Part shown: piece by piece, positions 42,319-52,874 of the stretch
Numbering within the stretch: the stretch's first letter is position 1
Layout: each line of letters starts with the position of its first letter
DNA from: a virus
Reading direction: 5' to 3' (one strand)
Length of the DNA: 64,000 bases
IMG/VR virus record: IMGVR_UViG_3300024999_000065
Span: 1-64,000 of that record
Notes under the pieces: generated by a model
What the model was told of the DNA's origin: nothing
The model's input: only the letters and a program-made list of their open reading frames with translations
Database searches by the model: none
Made by a program: the position numbers and the translations under genes

Positions 42319-42999
42319 TTAATAAATATCAAAATTATAGTCAGGTAATTTTATATTTAATTTATTAATTGCATCAATAATAGTTTTTTGTGTTTTTACA
42401 TCATCACAATAATTATAAAAAATATAATTCGCAATTGCTCTTTTCTTAGTATCTTCTTCATCTAAACCTAAATATTTTAAAAACTCTATTAACTCATAAT
42501 TAATATCATTATATTCTAAATTCAAATAATTCATTAATTTTAACAAATCATCCAAATAAAAGTATTCTAAATTATAGATAATATCTGTTTCATCTTCTTC
42601 TCTATAATTATCTAAATAATACATTATAGATTCATCACCATCCCAATCAGGATATTCATGTTCTGGTGTGAAGTTATCATATTCATAACTATTGCAACTT
42701 TCTTCAAATTCTTTTTCTGCTTCTATCAAACATAATTTAACTAAATTTAAATTTTCAATATTAAAAATTCTTCCTTCATCTATTTTGTATAATTTTTCTG
42801 TAATTATTTCATTTTCTTTTTGTCCATAATATGAAAAAACTATTTCTTTATCATTATCTAAATAATTTATAAATTGAACCTCAACAAAACCTTTAACCTT
42901 ACCACCTTTTAATTTATTAATTACTTTAAACTTAACAATTTTTTCTTCATCTATTGTATAATATTCTTTTCCTATTTTTAAATCTTTTAAATTTATCAT
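42319..42999 (-). CDS. hypothetical protein
   Basis: ORF with AAGGAG SD. Confidence 0.6.
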   Translation of the reverse strand: MINLKDLKIGKEYYTIDEEKIVKFKVINKLKGGKVKGFVEVQFINYLDNDKEIVFSYYGQKENEIITEKLYKIDEGRIFNIENLNLVKLCLIEAEKEFEESCNSYEYDNFTPEHEYPDWDGDESIMYYLDNYREEDETDIIYNLEYFYLDDLLKLMNYLNLEYNDINYELIEFLKYLGLDEEDTKKRAIANYIFYNYCDDVKTQKTIIDAINKLNIKLPDYNFDIY

Positions 43000-43109
43000 A
43001 ATATAATCTCCTTTTAAAATTTATATTTATAAAATATTTAGTTTAGTACAAGAGATATTTCACTCTTGTACTAACGTCTATCTAATCACTATCTCCTAAT
43101 CCCAACTAA

Positions 43110-43550
43110 CTAACAATCCATCATATAATCATTAAACCTCTCATAAACTTCTTCTTTCCCAATCCCATATATACTTTCACACTTCTGTATAATTCCACCT
43201 TGTATCCATTCAAAAACATTTCTACTCTCAAACTTATTGTCAATATAAAATGGTTGACTACCTTTGAATTCCAACATCATACCTACACTTTCATTTCTAA
43301 CTCCATGACCTTTAACTAAATAATTATATTGTGAGAAAATAACTTCTAACCACAATTCACATCTTAATTCATCCTTAAAACACTTCATATTATCATCCAT
43401 ATATTCTATATACTCTGCTTTAACTTTTATATTATTAGAAATTTCTTCACCAAAAGTTTCTACTACAAAATTATGTAATTTTTCTTCCATAATTGTTTCA
43501 ATTTCATCTAAATCATATTCAGATACAATAAAATTCTTGTCAATAGTCAT
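43110..43550 (-). CDS. hypothetical protein
   Basis: ORF in co-oriented cluster. Confidence 0.55.
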   Translation of the reverse strand: MTIDKNFIVSEYDLDEIETIMEEKLHNFVVETFGEEISNNIKVKAEYIEYMDDNMKCFKDELRCELWLEVIFSQYNYLVKGHGVRNESVGMMLEFKGSQPFYIDNKFESRNVFEWIQGGIIQKCESIYGIGKEEVYERFNDYMMDC

Positions 43551-43584
43551 AATATTAATCTTCTTTATTATTTATAATTTATAT

Positions 43585-44061
43585 TTATTGTGTTTTATCT
43601 GTCGTTAAACTAATCAAATCCATCATCAACTTTTTATCTTTCTCACTCATATAATTAACTTTATGTACAACATCAATCAACTTTTCAATAGAATAAGTCG
43701 ATATACCACTTAAAGCATTGCTAACTTCTTTAATCTGACTAGTAACCTTTTCTAACTCAGGTTTTAATTGTGTAATCTTATTTTTCAATTTATAAATCTT
43801 CTCATCATGCTCTCCCCATAATTCTTCTAATACTTTTTGCTGTTCATCATAAACTTTTTTAAGTTCAGTTTTATAAGTTAAACCAAATGATTTCAATCTT
43901 AATAAATCATCATCTAAACTTTCAATACTATTTTGAATATCTAATTTTCTTTCTTTAATTAATTTATCAACAAAATTCTTTCTATTATCATCTAAATCTA
44001 ATTCTTTAAACATTTCTGCTTGTTCTTTTGTGACCCAAATTAATTCTCTGTTATCACTCAT
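43585..44061 (-). CDS. hypothetical coiled-coil protein
   Basis: ORF with AAGGAG SD. Confidence 0.6.
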   Translation of the reverse strand: MSDNRELIWVTKEQAEMFKELDLDDNRKNFVDKLIKERKLDIQNSIESLDDDLLRLKSFGLTYKTELKKVYDEQQKVLEELWGEHDEKIYKLKNKITQLKPELEKVTSQIKEVSNALSGISTYSIEKLIDVVHKVNYMSEKDKKLMMDLISLTTDKTQ

Positions 44062-44115
44062 AATATAATCTCCTTTATTTATATTTATTATTTTAAATTT
44101 ATATATAAATACTAC

Positions 44116-44340
44116 TTAATATCCTATAATTTCTAGAATTAATAAATAATTCTCCTTATAAAATTCACTTCTGCATATCTTATCACAGAATAAATTGTTA
44201 TCTACATCTTTCACAATATCTCTATCCTTACTATCTAATTCCTTTAAACAATTAGCACAAAAATATGTATTATCACTATTACTATCATTAATCTCTTTAA
44301 ATCCATTACTCCTTTCAATTATATTATTATTTTGTCCCAT
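44116..44340 (-). CDS. small Zn-finger protein
   Basis: CANC...FCDKIC. Confidence 0.55.
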   Translation of the reverse strand: MGQNNNIIERSNGFKEINDSNSDNTYFCANCLKELDSKDRDIVKDVDNNLFCDKICRSEFYKENYLLILEIIGY

Positions 44341-44716
44341 ATAAATTCTCTACTCCTTGCTTCCTACCCATATCATCTAAAATTTCACTACTAATTTCAA
44401 TATCTACAAAATCATCACAATTATTAAATAGCACTGATTCTAAATCCTCACTATTAACATGATAACTAAGCAATCCATTTTTATCATCAATCTTATTTAA
44501 TAGTCTGCCTGATTCATTAAATAATATCTTACAACCTTTCATAATTTTAATTTCTATTTGATTATTTGAAGAGTAGCATATATTATATAATATGTCTGAT
44601 ATGTTGATTGTTGATTTAGTAGTGGGGGAGTATGATGTATAAATATTTCCGTCATTATAAATAAGTTTCCCACTATAAACATGTAAATTCTTACTTATTG
44701 TTTTATTATTACCCAT
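44327..44716 (-). CDS. hypothetical protein
   Basis: ORF with SD. Confidence 0.55.
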   Translation of the reverse strand: MGNNKTISKNLHVYSGKLIYNDGNIYTSYSPTTKSTINISDILYNICYSSNNQIEIKIMKGCKILFNESGRLLNKIDDKNGLLSYHVNSEDLESVLFNNCDDFVDIEISSEILDDMGRKQGVENLYGTK

Positions 44717-44827
44717 ATGTAATTCCTTCTTTCTATTTTATTTATTTTTATAATCTATGAAATTTATTTTAGTGATTTACAAAGTGAAATTTAAACATTG
44801 CTTTGTAAATCACTAGCCTTACATCAA

Positions 44828-45094
44828 TCACAATTCATGCAATGTATTTCTAACTCTTCTTACTAACCAAAACCATTTTTCTGTTTCATATTTCTGTCTA
44901 AGCAAATCATCAATATCAAACCAATAACTTTTAAAATTGCCACCATTCATAAATTTAACCATTGCTAAATATGCTTCATCACTTGTTAATTTATTGTTTT
45001 CATGTTCTTCATTAAGAATTTTAGCACTATTCATTACTATTGGTGCTTTTCTAGCAACAGTTTTTACACGGTCTATTCTTAGCATAATAATCAC
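44828..45094 (-). CDS. hypothetical protein
   Basis: GAGGTG SD. Confidence 0.5.
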   Translation of the reverse strand: MIIMLRIDRVKTVARKAPIVMNSAKILNEEHENNKLTSDEAYLAMVKFMNGGNFKSYWFDIDDLLRQKYETEKWFWLVRRVRNTLHEL

Positions 45095-45159
45095 CTCAAG
45101 GATATTATACCACTTATTATTATATTTATCAATATGTATTTTTATTTTATGTATAATAA

Positions 45160-45885
45160 TTATATTTCCATTTTATAATTCATTTTTAAATACATTTCAT
45201 CTAATTCTTTCTTAAATCTATTTTCCAGATCCTGAATACTTTCTTTTGCTCTAAACTGATTCCAAGACCTATTATCCATATCTTTAAGTTTTCCCCATAA
45301 ATCAGGGTAATATATGTATAGATTTCTTAATTCTCTTAAACTAGAGAAAGGACAACACCAACAACTAACTCTATTAAATTTAGTATACAAACCACCCCAA
45401 TCAAAACCTTTATCATAACAATATTTTAATGCTTCCCCTTCTGTCATTTTCCAATCAATTAATGGATATCTTTTAAATTGATTATCATCTACTCTATTTA
45501 ATTCATCCATACAAATACCTATGTATTGAATATAATTGCCATTATTATACTTCTTATTTAAATATGATTTTATTAAATCTCTTTTTAATACTGAAGTACA
45601 CCATCTATTTTTACCTTGAGATGCCCATGCATATCCTTTTTGTCCTTTATTTTTTCCTCTTGTTTTTTCATGATCAAACATCCAGTAGTCGAATGTACGA
45701 TTTTACAAAATCGTACATTGCATATTTATGTATTGTTTAACATTTTCAATATGTTTATAAAGTTGTGGAAATTCTTTTGTTGTATCACAAAATACAATTT
45801 CATCTATTTGCATACCCTTTTCAATCATCATTAGCAACATTGCTGTTGAATCTTTTCCACCTGAAAAACTAACTATGTGTTTCAA
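45160..45885 (-). pseudogene. PAPS-reductase-like (PP-loop, Fe-S) gene split by in-frame TAA at 45703-45705
   Basis: SFSGGKDS in 5' part; RWCT, YPL, RVSCWCCP in 3' part; same frame. Confidence 0.75.
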
Positions 45886-45930
45886 TATGTAATTTCTCCT
45901 TTTGTATTATTAATTAACTGATATATTTAA

Positions 45931-46224
45931 TCAAACCAATTGTAAAACCTCATCCCAATCATATCTAACAATATTACCAGTTTTAATATCAACAATCTCT
46001 CTATAATAATCTCCGTCTATCATCATATACCCATATTCCTTTAATATATCTGAATTAAATTCATTAGTTTCATATGGAGCAAATACCAATTTCTCTTGAT
46101 TAGTTTCTTCATCCAATATGTATAGGTTTGCTTCTATGTTCCATGATGTGTATATTGCTTTAGGTAAATTATCTTCTATGAAATATCCACTATCACCCAT
46201 ATTGTTTTCATAATAAAATTTCAT
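45931..46224 (-). CDS. hypothetical protein
   Basis: AAGGAG SD. Confidence 0.55.
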   Translation of the reverse strand: MKFYYENNMGDSGYFIEDNLPKAIYTSWNIEANLYILDEETNQEKLVFAPYETNEFNSDILKEYGYMMIDGDYYREIVDIKTGNIVRYDWDEVLQLV

Positions 46225-46517
46225 ACCTTTATTTCTCCTTTATTAGAATTTATTTTTATCATTAAAATAATTCAAATTAGCGACTTAAAATCACTAAACA
46301 TAAACTTACACATGAATTTTGAATTCAACCTAAAATATCTTCAATTTTTACCAACAAAAACATTAATAAACTATTGTTATTATTGTATTTGTAAGCATTT
46401 TTAATATTTTATAAAATCAAATCGCTTACAAATCCTTAATCTATAAGGGTTTTGACGCATTTTATAAAACTATGTATTTTTATATTGAGGTACGGAATTC
46501 AATCAAAAAATTATATA

Positions 46518-46901
46518 TTAAACTTTACTATTATTATTACCTTCTTTCAATTTTGATTTATGTTCTTTTAATTGTTCTAGTTTTCCTTTGATTTGTAATT
46601 TAACACATTCATGTAATACATCTATATACTTTTCATCACAAATATAAATACTTTCTGAATCACCTTCACATAATAAATTTAATTTTACACCTTTTGATTC
46701 TAATTGTGGTACAATATTATTACTTGTTTGTGTAGAAGGGAAGAAGATACCTAGTTTGTTTTTATCATATCTGTATATTTCTATATTATATTTTCCTTTT
46801 AAATATGTATTATTTTTCTTTGTGTGTTTGTCTATAATTGTTTTTTGTGTTAATAAATCAGACTCGTAAAATAAAGTATAGATACCTAAATATTTATTTA
46901 T
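46518..46901 (-). CDS. hypothetical protein, 127 aa, apparent ATA start (not in ORF track)
   Basis: AAAGGAGGT-9nt-ATA AAT AAA TAT TTA GGT...; open frame to TAA 46518. Confidence 0.6.
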   Translation of the reverse strand: MNKYLGIYTLFYESDLLTQKTIIDKHTKKNNTYLKGKYNIEIYRYDKNKLGIFFPSTQTSNNIVPQLESKGVKLNLLCEGDSESIYICDEKYIDVLHECVKLQIKGKLEQLKEHKSKLKEGNNNSKV

Positions 46902-46951
46902 GGAAACATAACCTCCTTTCTTATAAAATTTATATAAATTTAACTTAAACT

Positions 46952-47110
46952 TTATTTAACCTCCTTTTCTAATATTGTAAAAGTAACCATAGAATTATCT
47001 ACATATTGTAATAATTCTGTTCTAATTATATTAGTTATTTTATCAAGAATAATAGGAATTGTTTCTGGTTTGTTTGTTTCAAACTCAACTTTATATTCAT
47101 ATTTATCCAT
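46952..47110 (-). CDS. small hypothetical protein (MDKYEYKVEF..., about 52 aa)
   Basis: AAGGAG SD, ATG 47110. Confidence 0.5.
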   Translation of the reverse strand: MDKYEYKVEFETNKPETIPIILDKITNIIRTELLQYVDNSMVTFTILEKEVK

Positions 47111-47115
47111 ATAAA

Positions 47116-47319
47116 TTATTCTCCTTTCTTATAAAAATCATCATAACATTTATTTTCAATTTTTAACATATTGCAAATATTCATACCATTGTCATCAATC
47201 CAGTTTAAAAATTTAAAAACATTACATTCATTATATTTAATTTCTATATCACAAATGTTTTTATATCTACATTCTTCTGTACAAAATTTATCAATTATAC
47301 ATTGATTTATAAAATTAAT
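47116..47319 (-). CDS. small Cys-rich protein, 67 aa, apparent ATT start
   Basis: AAGGAGGT-7nt-ATT; open frame to TAA 47116; promoter TTGACT-18-TATAAT at 47430-47401. Confidence 0.5.
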   Translation of the reverse strand: MNFINQCIIDKFCTEECRYKNICDIEIKYNECNVFKFLNWIDDNGMNICNMLKIENKCYDDFYKKGE

Positions 47320-47470
47320 AATAAAAACCTCCTTTCTTTATGGATTTGTGTTGCTTTTTTTAAGATTGCTTGTTTATGTATTTGTTTATTGATTAATTGT
47401 ATTATAGCATGAGAGTAGGTTATAAGTCAATATATTTATTTTTATATTATGTTAAATATTTAATATATTA

Positions 47471-48802
47471 TTATATACCTTTATTATTATTCGATCTCTT
47501 TTCTGCAATATCACAATAATCCTTATTCATCTCAAAACCTATGTAATCAAATCCTAATTCTTCACAACTGACAGCATGTGTACCAGAACCTTCAAATGGA
47601 TCTAAACATATACCATCAGGAGGAGTAACTAATGTAACTAAATATTTAATTAATGATAATGGTTTTACTGTAGGATGATTATTACCTTCACCACGTTCTT
47701 TTTTACTTGCTTTAGCACAATACATAAAATTTGCTTCATAATCATTATTATCATAGTTACATTGTTTGAAGAATCTACTTCCTCCACCTGTATCACCATG
47801 TTGATTTTGCATTGTAGTAATCCCTCTTAAAAATCCTGTATTAGATTCTCCTTTATAAGCATCTTTATTTTCTTTTACTTTGCCACTTTTAGTAATACCA
47901 CTCTGTGAATCTAAGATTTTACCTGCATATTCATCCATAATTATATTTGCAGGAAATCTGCCTATTTGGTTAGCAGGACTTGCTTTATCTAAAGCATATT
48001 TACCATATATTTTATCATCTTTATCTGAATAATTAGTTGTTGGATTTTTAGATGCTTTTTTATCCATTATAATTTTGTCTTCTTCTGAAGATTCAACCCT
48101 ACAATCATCAATATTAATTCCACCAGTGTTCCATTTTAGAACATTATCTACTATAGTTTTTTCACTTAAAGGTTTTCTTGCTACTATAATTGGTTCGTGT
48201 GCTGGTTTTAAATTCGTACCCCAACCCTCGAATTGTTTTGCTTCGTCTGTTACTGGTTCTGTAATATAACCATTACTACCATGTCTTTTTCCTATTTCAG
48301 AAGAAAATCCTGTAACATTACATGACGCTAATCCATTTGGTTGACGATTAAAATATTTTCCTTCTCCAACAATTTCTCTTTCTGCTCCAAACTGTTTATC
48401 AATTTGTTTACTTATATCCATTGATTTGGGAAATCCACTCCCGAAAATCCAGTCAATTTGATCTCTAATTTCAAATCCTGCCAATCTTAAACTTATACAC
48501 ATTAAATCATATGTACGTGTTCCTGCAAAACATAATAAGTATCCTCCTGGTTTTAATACTCTATATGCTTCTTTCCATATAGAAGGATTAGGAACAAATG
48601 AGTCCCAGTCTTTTCCCATAAATCCTTTTGAATTATGTATGTATTCTTCATTATTTAACCAATTAGTTAATACTTCTACTATATTAGGTTGTTTAGATAA
48701 TCCATAAGGTGGATCAGTGACGATTGATGATATAGAATTATCAGGTAGTAATTTCATACCTTCTTTACAATTTTGATTATAGATTTTATTTAGTTGTAAC
48801 AA
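47471..48802 (-). CDS. DNA methyltransferase (N6-A/N4-C, beta class)
   Basis: TDPPY catalytic motif before DPFEGSGT SAM-binding motif; HPTVKP. Confidence 0.85.
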   Translation of the reverse strand: MLQLNKIYNQNCKEGMKLLPDNSISSIVTDPPYGLSKQPNIVEVLTNWLNNEEYIHNSKGFMGKDWDSFVPNPSIWKEAYRVLKPGGYLLCFAGTRTYDLMCISLRLAGFEIRDQIDWIFGSGFPKSMDISKQIDKQFGAEREIVGEGKYFNRQPNGLASCNVTGFSSEIGKRHGSNGYITEPVTDEAKQFEGWGTNLKPAHEPIIVARKPLSEKTIVDNVLKWNTGGINIDDCRVESSEEDKIIMDKKASKNPTTNYSDKDDKIYGKYALDKASPANQIGRFPANIIMDEYAGKILDSQSGITKSGKVKENKDAYKGESNTGFLRGITTMQNQHGDTGGGSRFFKQCNYDNNDYEANFMYCAKASKKERGEGNNHPTVKPLSLIKYLVTLVTPPDGICLDPFEGSGTHAVSCEELGFDYIGFEMNKDYCDIAEKRSNNNKGI

Positions 48803-48847
48803 TAGGGGAGTCCTCCTTTTTATTTTTATATTTATAAAATAGTTATA

Positions 48848-49456
48848 TTATTTATTTAAATCTAAATTAATAATGAGTTTATATCTATATTGTATTTTTT
48901 GCTTTTTTCTTTTTCTCTTATCTATAATAGAAAAACCAAAACAATTTTCAATATATTTCATTACTCTATTGAATGTAATATGGCTTTTACATAAATTAAA
49001 AATATTACATTCAATTGCTTTATTCAATATCTCATCTCTATCTTCTTTTTTATAAATCCTATATTTCTCTAAATCTTTATGAATATCAGAAATAACCCAT
49101 TTAGATTCTATATATTCTAAAAAATCAAGGATATTATGTTTTAATACAGAAATTTTAGAATTATAAATATTATAATTACTATCAAAGTCAATTTTATTTA
49201 AATACTCCTGTTCTCTTTTAATTAAATTTTCTTTACCTTCTAATAATTCTAGTATTTTAAAATTAAATGCCAACAAACCATATGTATTAAAATCATCTTG
49301 TAATTTAAAATTATGATGTATATTCTTTATAAGATTATCTAAATGAGTATGCCATCTAAAAGTTATATGTGTACTATGTCCTATATAAACCTTATTGTTA
49401 ATTATATTAGTAATTTGATATATACCTGATAATTTATTTAATGTAATATCTTTCAA
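48848..49456 (-). CDS. GIY-YIG endonuclease
   Basis: SGIYQITN...VYIGHS...RW..H. Confidence 0.75.
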   Translation of the reverse strand: MKDITLNKLSGIYQITNIINNKVYIGHSTHITFRWHTHLDNLIKNIHHNFKLQDDFNTYGLLAFNFKILELLEGKENLIKREQEYLNKIDFDSNYNIYNSKISVLKHNILDFLEYIESKWVISDIHKDLEKYRIYKKEDRDEILNKAIECNIFNLCKSHITFNRVMKYIENCFGFSIIDKRKRKKQKIQYRYKLIINLDLNK

Positions 49457-49510
49457 AAAATTATCCTCCTTTACACATTATTAATCTTTATATAATATTA
49501 ATTTAATAAA

Positions 49511-51280
49511 TTATTTAAAATAATTATATCTAGTTATTAAATAATCTTTAAGTTTATCTGGAAAAACAATGGTTGAATACGGTCTAGTAATCGCTACATA
49601 TACAATATTTGTCTCTTCATAATAATCTTCTATTTTAAAATCTTTATCACTACCTCTATCTATAAATTCCTTTCTGAAAACCATAGGGATATCAAATATA
49701 TCATCAGATACATAAACAGGAATAGTGAAGGTCATGCCTTTGCTTTTATGACAGGTAGAAAATAAAACATCTGCCTTATTTTTGTCTTTAACTGTGTTAT
49801 TCTTAATTCCATCAACTATTTTTGGAATAAGACTACCATATTTTTCAACCAATCTATTAATTGCAAGTAATTCAATATCTTGCACACGTTCAGCATATTC
49901 AGTCATAGAAAAATAATCCTCAAATTTATTAAATAATTGATTTTTTACTTTATGTCCTTGAGAGAACCAATATCCATCTTTCAATGTATTAAAATTATAA
50001 CCTGAGTATCCTCCCTCGAAGTAAAGTTTAGCAAATTTATTAGACTTTATAACTTCTATAACTTCTGCTAGAATATAAGAATTAGTTCTACATAAACAAA
50101 CATAAGGTTTTGATTTATCAATTTCATGTACAATTGTTTGTTTATTATTAAATCCCTTCATATTAATATCTATTTTATAAATATCTTTAATAAGTAAATT
50201 AGCTATATTTGCAATATTTTGACTTACTCTAAAAGAAGTAGTAAGTTTATATTCTTTTCCATCAAAATGATTCATTATATTTGTTGCTTTCCTCCAACCA
50301 TATATCATCTGAAACATATCACCTACAAGAACAACACCTGGAACATTTGATGATTTTATTATGTCTAAGATTAACATAGATCCATCCTGCATTTCATCCC
50401 CAAGAATAATGTCGAATTTTGAAGATAAATCTTTTTTACTCAAATGAAAAAGTTTAAGGTAAAAATCGTGAGTAATCTTAATATTGTTATTATAATCTTT
50501 CATTAAATTCCATAATCGTTTTGAATATTTAATAATTAATTCTCTTTCATCTGTTGTATTACCATTTATATCTTTAAATAATTCTAATTCTTCAAATTCT
50601 ATTACATCAGATAGCATATATTCTTTCATCATTGCATTTATTTTTACTGCTAATTCCATATCTCTATCCCAATCTAATTTTAAATCTTTAATAACATCAA
50701 CAGCATTATAATTTAAAGTTAATTTATTTTTATAAAATTTTCCTACATAACCATAGGCTAATCCATGTTGAGTTTTTATTGTGACATGATGTAATTTAGT
50801 ATATAATTTATCTGCTTCATCCTTCATTGATCGGTTATACACAATATAGAGAATTTTTTTAAAGGGACGTGTTTTAGCATAGTAATATAAAGTCGTGGAT
50901 TTGCTAGAACCTGCTAATGCAGCAATTTTAATTTTTTCTTCCTTTGCAAATATAATATCTTTCTGTTCTTGCGTTAAATAATATCCTTCTTCAGACATAT
51001 AATCAGACAATTCAATATTAACATCATCAAATGATTTGTTGTAATATTCATTTTTTAATATATCTAAATCTTTTTCAGATAATATTTTTTCATTATTCTT
51101 TAACATTAAATTAAATTTTAATTCACAATCTTCACTCCCATTAGGATGAGAAAAATATTGTCTACTAATACCAAAGTTCCTTATTAATTCTTCTTTACAT
51201 ACTGGACATATGTATGTTTCTTCTTTAATAGATTCTATAATATCTACTAATTTCCCATATTTATTTAATGCTTTTTTCAT
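49511..51280 (-). CDS. UvrD/Rep-like SF1 helicase with N-terminal Zn finger
   Basis: AGSSKST, DEMQD, GD..Q.IYGWR, SFR, CRTN, HKSKG, YVAITR. Confidence 0.8.
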   Translation of the reverse strand: MKKALNKYGKLVDIIESIKEETYICPVCKEELIRNFGISRQYFSHPNGSEDCELKFNLMLKNNEKILSEKDLDILKNEYYNKSFDDVNIELSDYMSEEGYYLTQEQKDIIFAKEEKIKIAALAGSSKSTTLYYYAKTRPFKKILYIVYNRSMKDEADKLYTKLHHVTIKTQHGLAYGYVGKFYKNKLTLNYNAVDVIKDLKLDWDRDMELAVKINAMMKEYMLSDVIEFEELELFKDINGNTTDERELIIKYSKRLWNLMKDYNNNIKITHDFYLKLFHLSKKDLSSKFDIILGDEMQDGSMLILDIIKSSNVPGVVLVGDMFQMIYGWRKATNIMNHFDGKEYKLTTSFRVSQNIANIANLLIKDIYKIDINMKGFNNKQTIVHEIDKSKPYVCLCRTNSYILAEVIEVIKSNKFAKLYFEGGYSGYNFNTLKDGYWFSQGHKVKNQLFNKFEDYFSMTEYAERVQDIELLAINRLVEKYGSLIPKIVDGIKNNTVKDKNKADVLFSTCHKSKGMTFTIPVYVSDDIFDIPMVFRKEFIDRGSDKDFKIEDYYEETNIVYVAITRPYSTIVFPDKLKDYLITRYNYFK

Positions 51281-51313
51281 GTGTTAATTTTATCTCCTTT
51301 TTAATTTATTTAA

Positions 51314-52474
51314 TTAATGTTTATTATTTAAATCATTAACATTAATATGATTCTTTTCTGCTGCTGTGATTATTATTTCTTTAGTTAAATCTCTATTAAT
51401 ATCTTTAGGTACAGTTAATTCAGATAATGATTTAAAATCATTTATATATGTATCTGCTAATCTAAATTTTTTTATATAATTAATTTCTTTTGGGTCTGCA
51501 TTACAATCTTCCAATAATTTATTTAATTTATCTTGTTCTCTTTTATTAACTCTTTTTGCTTTATCTTTAATATAATCAATAAAAATATTATTAAAATTTT
51601 CAATAAATTTTTCATCATTATAATCTACTATATAATCAAATTTAGATAGAACTTTTTGAACTTCTATTTTATTTTTACAAAAAATATTATATGCTTGATA
51701 TGTAAATAAAATTTTTCTTTTAAAAAGTAATTCACTTAATTTCTTTTTATATATTTCAGATTTTAATCCATAAAATTTTTCTCTATTATCAGTGATTCCA
51801 GCTTCTTCTTTTGCTTTATTTTCACAATCAATTACAAATTTTCTGTCTTCATCTGAGATAATTTCATCTGGTGAATTACAATCATAATTAATATTGATTC
51901 CACTAATACTTTCATTACGAATTAATTTTCTAACTTTAGTAACTGAATCAAATTCTATCAAATCTAATCCACTTGAATTGCTTAAAATTTTTAATACTTT
52001 TTCCAAATAGTACCTAATACAATCATCCATTTTATCAAAATAATCAAAAATAATATCACTATTCAATTTTAAATGTTCACCACTTCTTTTTTGATTAATT
52101 CTAATAAATGAATAATTACTATTAATTATCTCAAACCTTTGTGCCCATTTTATAAAAGATAAAGTTATTTTATAATTTTCATCTTGTTCAGTTAATAATT
52201 TAGTTAATATTATAGGAGTTATGTATTGTGATAAACCCTTAAATAATGGTAAAATTAATCCATCTTTATCAATATCAATATTAGAAACTTTATGTATAAT
52301 AAATTTACCTTGTCCTACATCTTCTATTTCACAAAATTTACTTGCTTTAGTTAAAATTCTTGTTTTTGCTGTACTATTTAATTTTTTATCTCTTTTATAA
52401 TTAAATATTTGTTTGTCTGTACCAAAATAATCTAATAACTTTTTAGTATCTATTTCTCCCACTTTTAATTTCAT
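51314..52474 (-). CDS. hypothetical protein (possible replication-initiation or DNA-binding protein)
   Basis: 386 aa ORF upstream of helicase; function inferred from context only. Confidence 0.5.
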   Translation of the reverse strand: MKLKVGEIDTKKLLDYFGTDKQIFNYKRDKKLNSTAKTRILTKASKFCEIEDVGQGKFIIHKVSNIDIDKDGLILPLFKGLSQYITPIILTKLLTEQDENYKITLSFIKWAQRFEIINSNYSFIRINQKRSGEHLKLNSDIIFDYFDKMDDCIRYYLEKVLKILSNSSGLDLIEFDSVTKVRKLIRNESISGININYDCNSPDEIISDEDRKFVIDCENKAKEEAGITDNREKFYGLKSEIYKKKLSELLFKRKILFTYQAYNIFCKNKIEVQKVLSKFDYIVDYNDEKFIENFNNIFIDYIKDKAKRVNKREQDKLNKLLEDCNADPKEINYIKKFRLADTYINDFKSLSELTVPKDINRDLTKEIIITAAEKNHINVNDLNNKH

Positions 52475-52640
52475 AAAATAGCATCTACTCCTTATTATTA
52501 ATGGATTTATTTTATTTTTTATGTGCTACAAAGTTTTCTAATAAGTATTTATATATGTAGACAAATTGTAGTACATACAAACACACTATAAACACAATTA
52601 TATTAATACTTTGTTAACTATTTAATCAATAAAAATAATA

Positions 52641-52700
52641 TTATCTTTTAAATACTAAAAAATAAAATCCACAAACAATTAATACAGAAATTAAATGCAC
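52641..52700 (-). CDS. 19-aa hydrophobic peptide MHLISVLIVCGFYFLVFKR
   Basis: AAGGAGGT-7nt-GTG; promoter TTGACA-17-TATAAT at 52781-52753. Confidence 0.45.
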   Translation of the reverse strand: MHLISVLIVCGFYFLVFKR

Positions 52701-52844
52701 CTTTTCCACCTCCTTTAATAATATTAATATTAATATATTTTAACTTGTTTACATTATACACAATAATAAAATAAATGTCAACACTTATTTATATATTATT
52801 ATTATATAAATAAAAAATAATAAAAAATAAATATTTGGACAGAT

Positions 52845-52874
52845 TTATTTTCCCCGTTTAAACGGGGAAAATAA
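52845..52874. repeat. perfect 30-bp palindrome TTATTTTCCCCGTTT/AAACGGGGAAAATAA
   Basis: directly visible, no loop. Confidence 0.85.

Noticed and set aside
15717-45705. Stop-codon reassignment suggested by two in-frame TAA codons
   Set aside because: TAA is the normal stop of most genes here and core genes are uninterrupted; point lesions or sequence errors are more likely
4239-49055. Short plus-strand ORFs in the track antisense to minus-strand genes (4239, 9858, 12200, 15185, 16780, 19687, 22463, 30200, 37543, 48075 etc.)
   Set aside because: Shadow ORFs overlapping well-supported genes, with no SD or motifs
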